Shown: positions 30,617-41,072, counted from the first letter of the stretch. The stretch is DNA of 64,000 nt from Candidatus Hydrogenedentota bacterium (GCA_963668025.2 CAXXTH010000010.1:1248001-1312000), one strand, 5' to 3'. Numbers and translations are program-made. Notes: generated by a model not told the origin, from the sequence alone.

Positions 30617-30763
30617 TTTGTGGCCGTCCAAAACAGGTTTTTGTATTAAAAAGTACACTCGGTAATAGAACGAATGATATCTGTATCTAGGGCGGCCATC
30701 CCCTATTTGAGAGGAGGCATTGAGGATTGAATGTGCTTTATGCGCAAGACAGAAAAATTTAAG

Positions 30764-30792
30764 TTGACATTTGGCTGATTTATTGCTATATA
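30764..30792 (+). promoter_or_regulatory. Sigma70 promoter for pseudopilin copy 3
   Basis: TTGACA(30764)-17 nt-TATATA with a TG extension. Confidence 0.6.
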
Positions 30793-30944
30793 CAAATAAG
30801 CACATTGCGAAAGTCCAGGATGGAAGCTTGCAGGCGCTTAAACAACGCGGTGTTTAATGCGGATTCAAGCGGATTCAAAAGGATGTGAAACAAAACGATT
30901 ACGGGACGGAGGCTGTTGTATGAAAATCATAAGGAGAATAACTC

Positions 30945-31985
30945 ATGCATGTTAGAAGAAGAGGATTCACATTAATCGAGTTGTTAGTAGTGATCGCCAT
31001 TATAGCGATACTCGCGGCAATTCTCTTGCCCGCATTGGCGCGGGCGCGGGAGGCGGCGCGCCGGGCTTCGTGCGCGAGCAACCTCAAGCAGTGGGGCATT
31101 ATCTTCAAGATGTATTCGAATGAAGCTAAAGGAGGATTGTATCCGCCCCAGAGCCGTTGGAAATTGGGTGCTTATAACATGTTCATGGGCGTTTCCTCTG
31201 ATGAGCTGTATCCGGATTATTGGAATGACGCCAACCTCATGATCTGCCCATCCGATTCGCGGGCGACAGTTAGCAGTCTGCAAGATGCTCTACCCGCAGG
31301 TTCTCTGGATATACCCGAGGATATCGCCAAAACGGTGTCGTCGGTGAAATCAGGCTCCGCAGGCGCGGAAGCCTGCGTACACGGATTACTGTCTCACCCC
31401 GTCTCCTACATTTACTCGTCGTATTCCATCAGAACCGCGGCGCAGTTTTTCTGTGAAGCTATCGTTCTAGGCTATTTTACGTGGAAAGCCGGGGCGGAAG
31501 AAGTGGTGCAGAAAGCAGCGCTTACCGATGCCGGATGCCCTACCGCCTGGACCAAAGTCGCCAAATACAAGATAGACGATGTGGATATCACTAGTGCGGA
31601 TATCACCAAATATTTCTATTCCGGCTGGCTGGACAAAGGCGGGGAAAAATGGCCGGGCACGATTCCCCGGTTGCGGGAAGGCGCCGAGCGCTTCTTCATC
31701 ACGGATATCAATAATCCCGCATCCGGCTCGACGGGCCAGAGTGAGCTGTTCATTATGTGGGATGCATGGGGCGCTTATGCGGAGTTCCTCGCCGGTACTT
31801 CCGACCAGAATCAGGTAGCACGATTCAACCATGTCCCGGGCGGAAGCAATGTGTTGTATATGGATGGGCACGTCGAGTTCATCAAATACAAAACAGAGCC
31901 TCTTCCCGAGACTAAACAAGGGACCGCTCCAGATGTCAGCGGCCAACTCGGTTACAACATGACGACGTTCGGCGGAACAGGCTGA
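30945..31985 (+). CDS. DUF1559 pseudopilin, copy 3
   Basis: [10 protein letters not shown]..., [40 protein letters not shown]. Confidence 0.9.
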   Translation: MHVRRRGFTLIELLVVIAIIAILAAILLPALARAREAARRASCASNLKQWGIIFKMYSNEAKGGLYPPQSRWKLGAYNMFMGVSSDELYPDYWNDANLMICPSDSRATVSSLQDALPAGSLDIPEDIAKTVSSVKSGSAGAEACVHGLLSHPVSYIYSSYSIRTAAQFFCEAIVLGYFTWKAGAEEVVQKAALTDAGCPTAWTKVAKYKIDDVDITSADITKYFYSGWLDKGGEKWPGTIPRLREGAERFFITDINNPASGSTGQSELFIMWDAWGAYAEFLAGTSDQNQVARFNHVPGGSNVLYMDGHVEFIKYKTEPLPETKQGTAPDVSGQLGYNMTTFGGTG

Positions 31986-32069
31986 GCGAGCGGAATGTTT
32001 TTTTAGAGAGGAAAAGATGTCAGTGCTTAAACAAGATGTTGGTATCAACCAGAATCAAGAGGAGGATTT

Positions 32070-33041
32070 GTGATGAAGATGTGTTTTAGTTCCATCGCTA
32101 TTCTGGCATGCATGGTTTTGTGCGCGGGCGCACAGGCCCAAACGGAATGGACAACAGACTGGACGGGCTGGATGCCTTCCCCCGGCGGTGACACCGGCCG
32201 GGTGACTGTAGACAATACCGGCACGGAGCTTGTGGTGTATTACAATGGCACCGGCAACACCTTCGACGGGTGGGGCCCACAGATCGAAGTCACTGGCTTG
32301 TCGCCAGCGATTCCTGCCGCGAATGAATGGCTGCGTATGGAGGTCACGTTAACGGGATGGGAAACTGGATTGGCCGGTTATAACTTCGCCAACGAAGATG
32401 GCTGGTTTGCTAGTGATGCTGGCAGGGAGACGGGCGATAACAACTGTTGTTTCCGATTCAATTCCAGTATTCTCCGGTTCCACGTAGCTTCGACGGTTAC
32501 CACCCGGCAGATTCTTGTCATGGATTTGTCTGAACTCAGCAGCAAAAACAAATGGAGTGGAGACGACTGGGGCGTCGCGGATGCGGCGAATGTCAATTTC
32601 GAAATTCCCTGGAACGGCAATGATAAAGTCATGGCGCAATGGAGTGAAGCGAACACTAAACTGCAGTATGTAGGATTTTTCGCGACGAAAGAAGAAGCAT
32701 TGGCAGCGGGCAATGGCGCTGCGCCCACTCGTTTGGTGGAAGCGGGTGTGGAAATTCCTGATGTCTCGGCCATGAATCAAGCCGACGCGACGGCGGCCCT
32801 CGAAGCTGCGGGATTCGTGGTGGACGTGGTTCAAGAAGCGAGCGACACTGTGGCCGCGGGCGGCATTATTCGCACCGAGCCCGAAGTAGGTTCTTCCGCT
32901 GAAGCGGGTTCAACGGTAACGTTGGTAATCTCGACCGGCAGCGCTTCCAGCGACCTGCCTGCGGCTGGATTAGTGGGCTTGGCGCTCTTGGGTGTCGCAT
33001 TTGTAGGCAGTGCGGCGGCCAAATTGCGTAACCGTAAATAA
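32070..33041 (+). CDS. Secreted PASTA-domain protein with a C-terminal LPA-TM-basic anchor
   Basis: Signal peptide (..GAQA); Trp-rich N-terminal domain; PASTA IPDVSAMNQADATAALEAAGF...VTLVISTG; ends LPAAGLVGLALLGVAFVGSAAAKLRNRK. Confidence 0.8.
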   Translation: MMKMCFSSIAILACMVLCAGAQAQTEWTTDWTGWMPSPGGDTGRVTVDNTGTELVVYYNGTGNTFDGWGPQIEVTGLSPAIPAANEWLRMEVTLTGWETGLAGYNFANEDGWFASDAGRETGDNNCCFRFNSSILRFHVASTVTTRQILVMDLSELSSKNKWSGDDWGVADAANVNFEIPWNGNDKVMAQWSEANTKLQYVGFFATKEEALAAGNGAAPTRLVEAGVEIPDVSAMNQADATAALEAAGFVVDVVQEASDTVAAGGIIRTEPEVGSSAEAGSTVTLVISTGSASSDLPAAGLVGLALLGVAFVGSAAAKLRNRK

Positions 33042-33069
33042 CATAAGCCCTGGCAGCCTTAACTAAGTT

Positions 33070-33108
33070 GAAGCGGCTTCGGGGGCGAAGGCTTCCGGAG
33101 CCGCTTTC
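33070..33108 (+). terminator. Hairpin after the PASTA gene
   Basis: AAGCGGCTTCGG...CCGGAGCCGCTT inverted repeat. Confidence 0.55.
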
Positions 33109-33159
33109 TGCATTATCAGCAGGCGAGGCCGTTTTTTTGTCGTGAAGGATCTGGGAAAC

Positions 33160-33278
33160 AACCACGAATGAACGCCAATGCCCTTCACGCAACGTAGCCG
33201 TAACTAAAGATCCGGATTTAACCACGAAATACACGAAATACACTAAAATCTGAAGCGTAGGGTGGGGCTTGCCCCACC
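33160..33278. repeat. Cluster of short repeats: AACCACGAA.. units, a CACGAAATA tandem and a GTAG-type REP
   Basis: AACCACGAATGAAC (33160), AACCACGAAATACACGAAATACACTAAA (33220-33247), GTAG-GGTGGGGC-TT-GCCCCACC (33257-33278). Confidence 0.6.
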
Positions 33279-33495
33279 GTTCAAGGATACGCCTATATAA
33301 ACTGAATGCGCCTATTCGATATACAATGGAGGCCAAAGGGAAATAGTAGTACGAAGAATACGAGTAATAATCAGATGTCCAAGATGCGGAATCTTCTCAG
33401 GATTTTCCAGGAAAAATACCATCGGTGTGCAACAAAAGGTAATGGCTGCGCTTCTGAACTGAACTTAAATAATATATATGTAATACAAGAGGGGA

Positions 33496-35655
33496 GTGCA
33501 TAAAATGTTGCTTTCTATATTTGTTGCCTCGGCTTTATTGACCAGTTTCGGTGCCATAGCTGCTCCCCAGCCGCTTGGCGCACCCATCATAAAATCGTTT
33601 GACTATTCTGGCGTAACGCTTGAGCAAGGCCCATTAAGACGGCAGAGCGACGAAGTCCGGGATTTTTATCTACGGATTCCCAATGATGACCTTTTGAAAG
33701 GCTTCCGTTCACGGGCTGGGCTTCCCGCGCCAGGCAATGATTTGGGCGGATGGTACACGGATGATTTGGGCACTATTTTTGGCCAGATTCTTGCGGGGCT
33801 TTCCCGTTCCTATGCGGGCACCGGCGACATCAATTGCAAAAACAAAGTCGATGCGCTTATATCGGAATGGGGCAAATGCATTGAAGCGGACGGCTATTTC
33901 TACGCTTCTCATCATCCCACTAGCAGCCATTACATTTATGACAAAATGGTGGGCGGGCTTGTAGATGCAATGCTGTATTGTGGAAACCGCGACGCATCCG
34001 CATGCTTGTCCCGAATTACGGACTGGGCGGAGAAAAATCTAGACCGCACACGTCCATATGCCAGCAATTTTACCGACATTGGCATTTCGGAATGGTATAC
34101 ACTGAGTGAAAACTTATACCGCGCGTATCTAGCGACCGGCGAGGCGCGCTATCGTGATTTTGCCCAGGTTTGGGAGTATTCAGACTATTGGAATCTGTAC
34201 GCTAACCAAGCCGATATGTTCGGCCTGCGGCCGGATGGCCAAAAAACGAGCACTTACCATGCTTATAGCCATGTGAACACCCTGAGCGGCGCTGGCGCGG
34301 CGTATCGCGTGACGGGTGAAGGCCATTACCTCCAAACGCTGATCCACGCATATGACTTTCTCCAGCGTTATCAGTGTTTTGCCACGGGCGGCTACGGCCC
34401 CGATGAACAATTATTACCCTCTGATAAATTGCTAGTAAAGCTGGAAGCCACCCACCACTCTTTTGAGACCCAATGCGGCTCCTGGGCCGCGTTCAAAATG
34501 TCCAAATATCTCATCACCTCTACGGGTGACGCGCGGTATGGCGATTGGATCGAACGCCTCGTTATCAACGCCACAAGCGCTACCCCGCCCATGACCCCGC
34601 AAGGCGGCGTATTTTATTTTTCTGACTACAACACCACAGGGGCCTGGAAACAGATTCAACCCGTAGGGTGGACTTGCTGTGCGGGCAACCGCCTGGTGGC
34701 CGTTTCGGACTATAATGATCTTGTCTATTTTCACGACGATAATGCGGTGTATGTCAATCTATTCACCCCCTCGACGCTGCGCTGGAAACAAGGCAAGGCC
34801 GATGCGGCGCTTTCGCAGGAAACCCGTTTCCCAGAGAGTGAAACCGTAGAATTCACGGTGAACATCGACAAACCCACGATCTTTTCCTTGAAATTACGGA
34901 CGCCCGGGTGGCTGGCTTCCCCGATAACCGCCACCATTAACGGCGCTCCGCTAGAAGCCACTTCCGACCAGCATGGGTGGACGGTCATCCAGCGGAAATG
35001 GCATGACAACGATCGCCTCAAGGTAGTGCTACCCATGCGTTTCTGGGCGAGCCCGCTCTTGCCGGAACGCCGGTATCCCACGGCGATCCTGCGCGGCCCT
35101 GTGGTGCTGACCGTCCGCTCGACAGATACCGCCATTGCCCAAAAGATCGACCTTGGCCATCTGGAGGATGCATTGCTCCCGAGTGTGGGCGAACCATTGA
35201 CGTATCACCTTGCATCGGAGCCTTCCGTCCTCGTGCGGCCATACTACGCATGCAAGGAACGTGAGCGCTACCTTATGTATCTCGACCCAGACGCTCCCAG
35301 AAGAATCTACTACCAAGACATAACCTTCAACGGGAATTGGACGGATTTCGGCACATTTCGATACTCCAACACGATTGGGGAATCCGCGGAATGCTCGTTT
35401 GAAGGCACGGGCATCCGATGGATGGGCGAGAGCTGGACGGATGGCGGCCAAGCAGCAGTCACGATTGACGGCCAGCAAGTGGCCATTGTGAATCAATATG
35501 CGCCCAACAATGAAACGCAGTTCGAGTGGCGTTACGAGGGCCTTGCCGCAGGAAAACACACCATCAAAGTAACCATCTTGCCTGAAAAAGCAGCCGAATC
35601 CGTTAATCACTTCATTCGGCTCACCGCTTTCGAGATCCTGGGCGCAAAACCGTAA
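33496..35655 (+). CDS. GH127/GH146-family glycoside hydrolase (beta-L-arabinofuranosidase-like), secreted
   Basis: FRSRAGLPAPG..LGGW, HAYSH, FATGGYGP.E, ETQC, WTCCAG, VYVNLF.PS; extra C-terminal beta-sandwich. Confidence 0.88.
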   Translation: MHKMLLSIFVASALLTSFGAIAAPQPLGAPIIKSFDYSGVTLEQGPLRRQSDEVRDFYLRIPNDDLLKGFRSRAGLPAPGNDLGGWYTDDLGTIFGQILAGLSRSYAGTGDINCKNKVDALISEWGKCIEADGYFYASHHPTSSHYIYDKMVGGLVDAMLYCGNRDASACLSRITDWAEKNLDRTRPYASNFTDIGISEWYTLSENLYRAYLATGEARYRDFAQVWEYSDYWNLYANQADMFGLRPDGQKTSTYHAYSHVNTLSGAGAAYRVTGEGHYLQTLIHAYDFLQRYQCFATGGYGPDEQLLPSDKLLVKLEATHHSFETQCGSWAAFKMSKYLITSTGDARYGDWIERLVINATSATPPMTPQGGVFYFSDYNTTGAWKQIQPVGWTCCAGNRLVAVSDYNDLVYFHDDNAVYVNLFTPSTLRWKQGKADAALSQETRFPESETVEFTVNIDKPTIFSLKLRTPGWLASPITATINGAPLEATSDQHGWTVIQRKWHDNDRLKVVLPMRFWASPLLPERRYPTAILRGPVVLTVRSTDTAIAQKIDLGHLEDALLPSVGEPLTYHLASEPSVLVRPYYACKERERYLMYLDPDAPRRIYYQDITFNGNWTDFGTFRYSNTIGESAECSFEGTGIRWMGESWTDGGQAAVTIDGQQVAIVNQYAPNNETQFEWRYEGLAAGKHTIKVTILPEKAAESVNHFIRLTAFEILGAKP

Positions 35656-35809
35656 TCGCCGCCCGAGGACGGCTGCACTCGAAAAACATTGAAGAACCTT
35701 ACGTGTATGAAAGGCTGGCTGGGAATCGCTCACCGCGCTTCCCAGCCGATGCAAAATAAGCCAAGGTTTTGAGGACGATAACAACATTGGCGGTATCAAG
35801 GAGAAAGAA

Positions 35810-37036
35810 ATGAAATGCTGCGTTTTCGGATTGCTTAGTATGTGTTTTCTTTTCACTGCGATGGAATGTGAGGCGGCGCCCACGTTTGGCGTGTTCAGAT
35901 CAGGTGATCGATATGCGATCGTAGGCGATTCGATCACCGAACAAACCATATACAGCCGTATGACGGAGACGTATCTCCGGCTGGCAACGCCCGATGAGTT
36001 TAAGCTGCACATCATGCAATATGGCTGGAGCGGCCAATCCGCAGCCAGTTTTCTGGAGCGGATGGATGAAGACTTGGGTGTGTTTGGTCCAACCGTCGTG
36101 AGTATCTGTTTCGGGATGAATGATGGCGCGTATGAGCTGTATCGAGATGAAATCGGCGCGCGCTACCGCGAAAGCCTAACAGGCGTAGTCCAGCACTGCA
36201 AGGCTCTGGGAGTCCGAGAAATAGTGGTGATGTCGCCTGGCATTGTGGACCAATTGTTTTGGCGGATGAACATCACGTGGGAGCAATACAACGAGAATCT
36301 GCATGCCTTGCGGGATATTGCGGAATCCGTCGCAAAGGAAGAGCAAGTCAGATTCGCCGATGTGTACACGGCGATGCATACGGCCCTGGAAGCGGGCAAA
36401 CAACACTATGGCCCTGCTTTCCATTTGACATTCGATGGCATCCACCCTAAGGAAAATGGCCATTTGATTATGGCGTGGCAGTTGCTCAAGGCGCTTGGCA
36501 TGTCTGGCGATATGGGCAGTGTGGAATTGGACGATGGGAAAGCGGCCACCATTGACACCTCCCATTGGCCCATGTGTTTTTATGGCGACCCCTCGCTGCC
36601 TGATCATCCTGAGAACATCCTGCCTCTGATACCCTTTCAAGAGGAACTCAACCGGTTTATGTTGCATGGCGTCATGGACGGGCCCGCCACGGTTCGATGG
36701 GGCGAGTGGGAATACGCCGCGAAGGCTGGCGAACTACAGCGCGGCTTGAATCTTGCCGCCGTTTTCCCGCGAAATCCTTTTACGGAATCGTACAAGAAAC
36801 TGGATGATTTGATTCGAGAAAAGCAGATGGCGGAGATTTCGTTCATTCGATATGTATGGCATGGGTGCCGCCAACTCGACACATTATCGCCAAATGACAA
36901 AAAAATGCATAAATCAATCAAATACATTACCTCTTCATTGGCGCGTGTCCAAAAAGAGCGGGAAGAGGAAATATTAAAAGCCGTGCAGTCGGTGAAGTCG
37001 GAGATACATGTGGAAGTTGCTGCAAACTCGAATTAA
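35810..37036 (+). CDS. SGNH/GDSL-family esterase, secreted
   Basis: VGDSIT, GWSG, FGMND, DGIHP blocks. Confidence 0.9.
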   Translation: MKCCVFGLLSMCFLFTAMECEAAPTFGVFRSGDRYAIVGDSITEQTIYSRMTETYLRLATPDEFKLHIMQYGWSGQSAASFLERMDEDLGVFGPTVVSICFGMNDGAYELYRDEIGARYRESLTGVVQHCKALGVREIVVMSPGIVDQLFWRMNITWEQYNENLHALRDIAESVAKEEQVRFADVYTAMHTALEAGKQHYGPAFHLTFDGIHPKENGHLIMAWQLLKALGMSGDMGSVELDDGKAATIDTSHWPMCFYGDPSLPDHPENILPLIPFQEELNRFMLHGVMDGPATVRWGEWEYAAKAGELQRGLNLAAVFPRNPFTESYKKLDDLIREKQMAEISFIRYVWHGCRQLDTLSPNDKKMHKSIKYITSSLARVQKEREEEILKAVQSVKSEIHVEVAANSN

Positions 37037-37103
37037 TGCCATTTTGAAAAGTGACACCGCTAAGCGGGTTGCAAGGAAAAACTAGGAAAGGAGACCTATC
37101 ATC

Positions 37104-38519
37104 ATGCCTACGAAAAAAACTACTTTCGCGTTGTTTTTTGGAAATCGCGGTTTCTTTCCGGCTTCCCATGTGGGAGCCGTCCGCCAAGAGTTGCCGGAGC
37201 TGTTGCATTCCTGGGGGTATGAAACCATCATGGCCCCAGCGGACGCCACCCGCTTCGGCGGCGTGGAGACGCCTGGGGAAGGTGAGAAATACGCGCAATT
37301 TCTTCACGAAAACCGGGGCAAATACGATGGCGTCATACTCAGCCTGCCGAATTTTGGAGATGAAACCGGAGCGGTGGCAGCGCTCAAGGACGCGGGCGTT
37401 CCCATCTTGATCCAAGCATATCCGGATCAAATGGACAGCATGTGCCCCGCATTGCGCCGTGACGCTTTCTGTGGCAAGTTTTCCATCATGGATGTTTTCA
37501 CCCAGTACGGAGTGAAATTCACCGCGCTCAAGCCGCATGTGGTGAGTCCGGCCAGCAAAGCGTTCCGTGAAAACGTCGCCTACTTCGAGAAGGTCTGCAA
37601 GGTGGCCAACGGCATGCGCCAATTTAGGCTGGGCTCGATAGGGGCGCGCACGACGGCATTCAAGACCGTGCGGATTGACGAACTGGCGCTGCAAAAATAT
37701 GGCATATCCGTCGAAACGCTGGATCTCTCCTCGGTGATCGCACGCACAAAAGCAGTGGATATAAGCGCCAGTGCGTATAAAGATAAAGCGGAAAAGCTGC
37801 GCCCCCTCTCGAATTGGGAAAAGTCTCCCGATTGGGCATTCGAGAATATTGCAAAGCTCGCCGTCGTGATCGACGAGATATTCAAAGAATACAAACTCAG
37901 CGCCATGGCCTTGCGTTGCTGGATCGAGCTGCAACAAGAGCTGGGCGTTTCGCCTTGCCTGATTATGGGCGAATTGAATGACCGCTGCCTGCCTGCGGCG
38001 TGTGAAGTCGATCTGGGCAGCGCTGTAGCCATGCATGCGCTTACCCTTGCCTCGGATTCCCCGGCGGCCTGCCTGGACTGGAATAACAATTACGGCGAGG
38101 ATGAAAACAAGTGCATCCTGTTCCACTGCGGACCGGTTCCGCCCACGATGATGGCGGGAAAAGGGCAAATCATCGATCATGAGATTTTAGCTACGGCGAT
38201 TGGCAAAGGGCGGGCGTATGGCCCCAACGTAGGGCGCATCCGGCCCATGGATATGACCTTCAGCAACATGCTGACGCAAGACGGCCGCCTGCGCTTTTAC
38301 CTCGGCCAAGGCCGTATCACGGCGGACCCCATACCCGAGGATTTTTTCGGCGTGGCGGGCGTTGCCGAGATCGAAAAGATGCAGGAGCTCTTTTTGTATA
38401 TGGGCAAAGTGGGCCATCGGCACCATGTCGCGCTTACCCAGGGCTTCTGCGCGGAGCCGATGCAAGAGGCGCTTTCGTACTATCTTGGCTATGAGGCGGC
38501 AATGCATCCGCAAGCATAA
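37104..38519 (+). CDS. L-fucose/L-arabinose isomerase family protein
   Basis: NRGFFP, LPNFGDE, RRDAFCGK, RCW, ACEVD, LDWNNN, FHCG, HRHHV. Confidence 0.85.
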   Translation: MPTKKTTFALFFGNRGFFPASHVGAVRQELPELLHSWGYETIMAPADATRFGGVETPGEGEKYAQFLHENRGKYDGVILSLPNFGDETGAVAALKDAGVPILIQAYPDQMDSMCPALRRDAFCGKFSIMDVFTQYGVKFTALKPHVVSPASKAFRENVAYFEKVCKVANGMRQFRLGSIGARTTAFKTVRIDELALQKYGISVETLDLSSVIARTKAVDISASAYKDKAEKLRPLSNWEKSPDWAFENIAKLAVVIDEIFKEYKLSAMALRCWIELQQELGVSPCLIMGELNDRCLPAACEVDLGSAVAMHALTLASDSPAACLDWNNNYGEDENKCILFHCGPVPPTMMAGKGQIIDHEILATAIGKGRAYGPNVGRIRPMDMTFSNMLTQDGRLRFYLGQGRITADPIPEDFFGVAGVAEIEKMQELFLYMGKVGHRHHVALTQGFCAEPMQEALSYYLGYEAAMHPQA

Positions 38520-38536
38520 ATAATATTTTCTTTGAC

Positions 38537-38582
38537 TGTGGCCTCTGTTTGCCTATACGTTAAGTATCGCGCAGAGGCCACA
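38537..38582 (+). terminator. Intra-operon hairpin
   Basis: TGTGGCCTCTG...CAGAGGCCACA 11-bp inverted repeat. Confidence 0.45.
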
Positions 38583-38631
38583 AGGCATATTGGCATTTGG
38601 AACCATTCAAGCCCCATGTAGGAGATATAAC

Positions 38632-39546
38632 ATGAAATCTAGTTGTGAGATTGTCCGGACCGCTCGATCACTTGGCGTAGCCATCCCCGCCTTTAACGTG
38701 CCCTATCTGCCCATGATGGAGCCGATAGTTCGCGCCATCGCGGACGCCGATGCGTTTGCTTTTCTCGAGGTGGCGCGGGTCGAGTGGATGAAATTCGAAT
38801 CTCGCTCCACCCAAGCCGTGATGGAAGAATACAAGCGATGTGGCCGCCCGGAATTTGTCCGGCTGCACTTGGACCACGTTCCCGTGATTGATGAAGACAA
38901 TATCGAGGTGGATTACCTGGATATCATCCGGCAGGCGGTGCAGCTTGGATACGATTCCGTAATGGTGGACGGTTCCCGGCTTGATCTAAAGGGAAACATG
39001 GAAGCGACGCGGCAGGCCGTGGAGATCGCCCATCAGGCGGGCATTCCGTGCGAGGCTGAACTGGGCGCTGTCTTGGGGCACAGCAATGAGGCGCTCCCTC
39101 CGTATGAAGAGTTATTTGCTTCCGGCAAAGGTTTCACCGATGTGGAGGAAGCGCGTGAATTCGTCGCCGCCACGCAATGCGACTGGCTCTCCGTGGCCAT
39201 AGGGAACATTCATGGTGCGGTTTCCAAGGCGCGGCGGGATGAGAAAAAACTCGAAGCGCGGCTCAACCTCGAGCATCTGGAGCGATTATATGAAGCCACC
39301 CAGATCCCGCTGGTGCTCCATGGCGGTTCGGGCATCCCGGACGAATATGTGCATGAAGGGATCCGGCGCGGCATCGCAAAGGTCAACGTCGGCACGGATA
39401 TCCGCCAGGTTTATGAACAGGAAATGTCCGCCTCCGGCGATGTGGCGGTTGCCCAAGAAAAGGTATATGAACGGACAAAAGGGCTCATCACGGACTACTT
39501 TGGTCTTGCGGGCAAACGGGCTGCGCTTGCTGGAAAGGACGCCTGA
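38632..39546 (+). CDS. Class II ketose-bisphosphate aldolase
   Basis: PAFN, LHLDH, SVMVDGS, EAELG, AIGNIHG, PLVLHGGSG, KVNVGT; AGGAGA RBS. Confidence 0.92.
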   Translation: MKSSCEIVRTARSLGVAIPAFNVPYLPMMEPIVRAIADADAFAFLEVARVEWMKFESRSTQAVMEEYKRCGRPEFVRLHLDHVPVIDEDNIEVDYLDIIRQAVQLGYDSVMVDGSRLDLKGNMEATRQAVEIAHQAGIPCEAELGAVLGHSNEALPPYEELFASGKGFTDVEEAREFVAATQCDWLSVAIGNIHGAVSKARRDEKKLEARLNLEHLERLYEATQIPLVLHGGSGIPDEYVHEGIRRGIAKVNVGTDIRQVYEQEMSASGDVAVAQEKVYERTKGLITDYFGLAGKRAALAGKDA

Positions 39547-39548
39547 AC

Positions 39549-41072
39549 ATGAGCCTGTTGGGCATTGATGTAGGCACGACAGGCTGCAAGGCCGCAGTCT
39601 TCACCAGCGATGGCGAACTCCTCTCGTCAGCATATGCGGAATATGATATTCACCGGCCCCAAACCGGCTGGGCGGAATTGGACGCGCAGGCCGTGTGGCG
39701 GCAGATCAAGCAGACCATCGCCAAAGCCAGCTCGTCCGTGCGCAACGACCCCATCCGCGCCCTTGCCGTGTCTTCACTCGGCGAGTCCATGGCGCCCGTG
39801 GATGCCGCTAGGAGAATTCTCGGGCCGTCATTGACCATGGCGGATGCTCGCGGCGAAGAATATCTTGCGTCTTTGGCAAAGCTATTTCCGAATGAAGAAC
39901 TCTACGCCATTAATGGCAACACCATCGGCAATCACTATAGCCTTCCCAAGCTCATGTGGCTGCGCGAGCATGATCCGAAGCTCTTTGAAGCGGCGGACAA
40001 GTTTCTTTTATGGGGTTCTTTAGTGCTCTACATGCTGGGCGCTGAGCCCGCCGTGGACTATTCGCTGGCCAATCGGACATTGCTCTTCGATCTAAACCAA
40101 ATGGATTGGTCGGAGAAGCTCTTGGCGCGTGTAGGATTTAGCGCCTCCATACTGCCTAAGCCGTGTCCTGCTGGAACATCCCTGGGAACGATTGCGCCCG
40201 CATTAGCGGATGAGTTGGGGCTTCCCCGGGAAACCATGCTAGTCGCTGGCGCACACGATCAATGCGCCAACGCACTGGGTTGTGGGGCAGTCCAGCAAGG
40301 GCGAACCATGCTCGGAATGGGCACGTTTTTGTGTATGACGCCCGTGTTCGAAGCCCGGCCTGAAGCATCGGCCATGATCACCCGGGGGCTTAATACGGAG
40401 CACCACGCTATTCCGGGATGCTATGTCACGTTTATTTACAATCAAGGCGGGAATCTCTTTAAGTGGTTTAGAGACACTTTCGCCTCGGCGGAACACAAAG
40501 CGGCCGTGGAAGCCGGACGGGACATTTATGCGTCCTTGCTCGACGAGATGCCTGCGGCTCCAAGCACGGTTATGGCGCTTCCCCATTTCGAGCCCACCGG
40601 CCCGCCCGAATTTATCATGGATTCCGCTGGCGTGCTGGCGGGATTGCGGCTGTCGACCTCGCGAGGCGACGTGCTCAAAGGCATTCTCGAAGGCTCTATA
40701 TTCTATCTCCGTGAATGCCTGGATATGCTGCCCGGGGCGGGCATCGAAGTGAATGACTTCCGCGCCGTTGGCGGAGGAAGCAAATCCGATCAATGGCTGC
40801 AAATCTGCGCCGATATTATGCAGCGCCCGGTCACCCGGCCCGCCTTCACGGAGGCGGGCGTGCGGGGAGCCGCCATGCTCGCGGGCATTGGCGCGGGCGT
40901 CTACGCATCCGCGCAAGAAGCAGTGGATACATTCGTGCAGCTCGGTAGGTCTTTTGAGCCTGATGCGAAAAACCAATCCGTTTATGAAGGCCGGTTTGGC
41001 CATTATGTCCAAATGAGACACGCCATGAGAGGCTTCTTGCATGACCTGGTGCGGGATGACGGAGCCTCTTAA
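39549..41072 (+). CDS. FGGY-family carbohydrate kinase (xylulokinase-like)
   Basis: LGIDVGTTGCKA, PKLMWL, GAHDQ, GILEG, VGGGSKS..WLQI.ADI. Confidence 0.92.
   Translation: MSLLGIDVGTTGCKAAVFTSDGELLSSAYAEYDIHRPQTGWAELDAQAVWRQIKQTIAKASSSVRNDPIRALAVSSLGESMAPVDAARRILGPSLTMADARGEEYLASLAKLFPNEELYAINGNTIGNHYSLPKLMWLREHDPKLFEAADKFLLWGSLVLYMLGAEPAVDYSLANRTLLFDLNQMDWSEKLLARVGFSASILPKPCPAGTSLGTIAPALADELGLPRETMLVAGAHDQCANALGCGAVQQGRTMLGMGTFLCMTPVFEARPEASAMITRGLNTEHHAIPGCYVTFIYNQGGNLFKWFRDTFASAEHKAAVEAGRDIYASLLDEMPAAPSTVMALPHFEPTGPPEFIMDSAGVLAGLRLSTSRGDVLKGILEGSIFYLRECLDMLPGAGIEVNDFRAVGGGSKSDQWLQICADIMQRPVTRPAFTEAGVRGAAMLAGIGAGVYASAQEAVDTFVQLGRSFEPDAKNQSVYEGRFGHYVQMRHAMRGFLHDLVRDDGAS

Noticed and set aside
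33160-33280. Possible CRISPR mini-array
   Set aside because: Repeats are too short and irregular, with no constant spacer length and no cas genes.
35029-38180. Long minus-strand ORFs (328 and 417 aa)
   Set aside because: Antisense to well-supported GH127, SGNH and isomerase genes.
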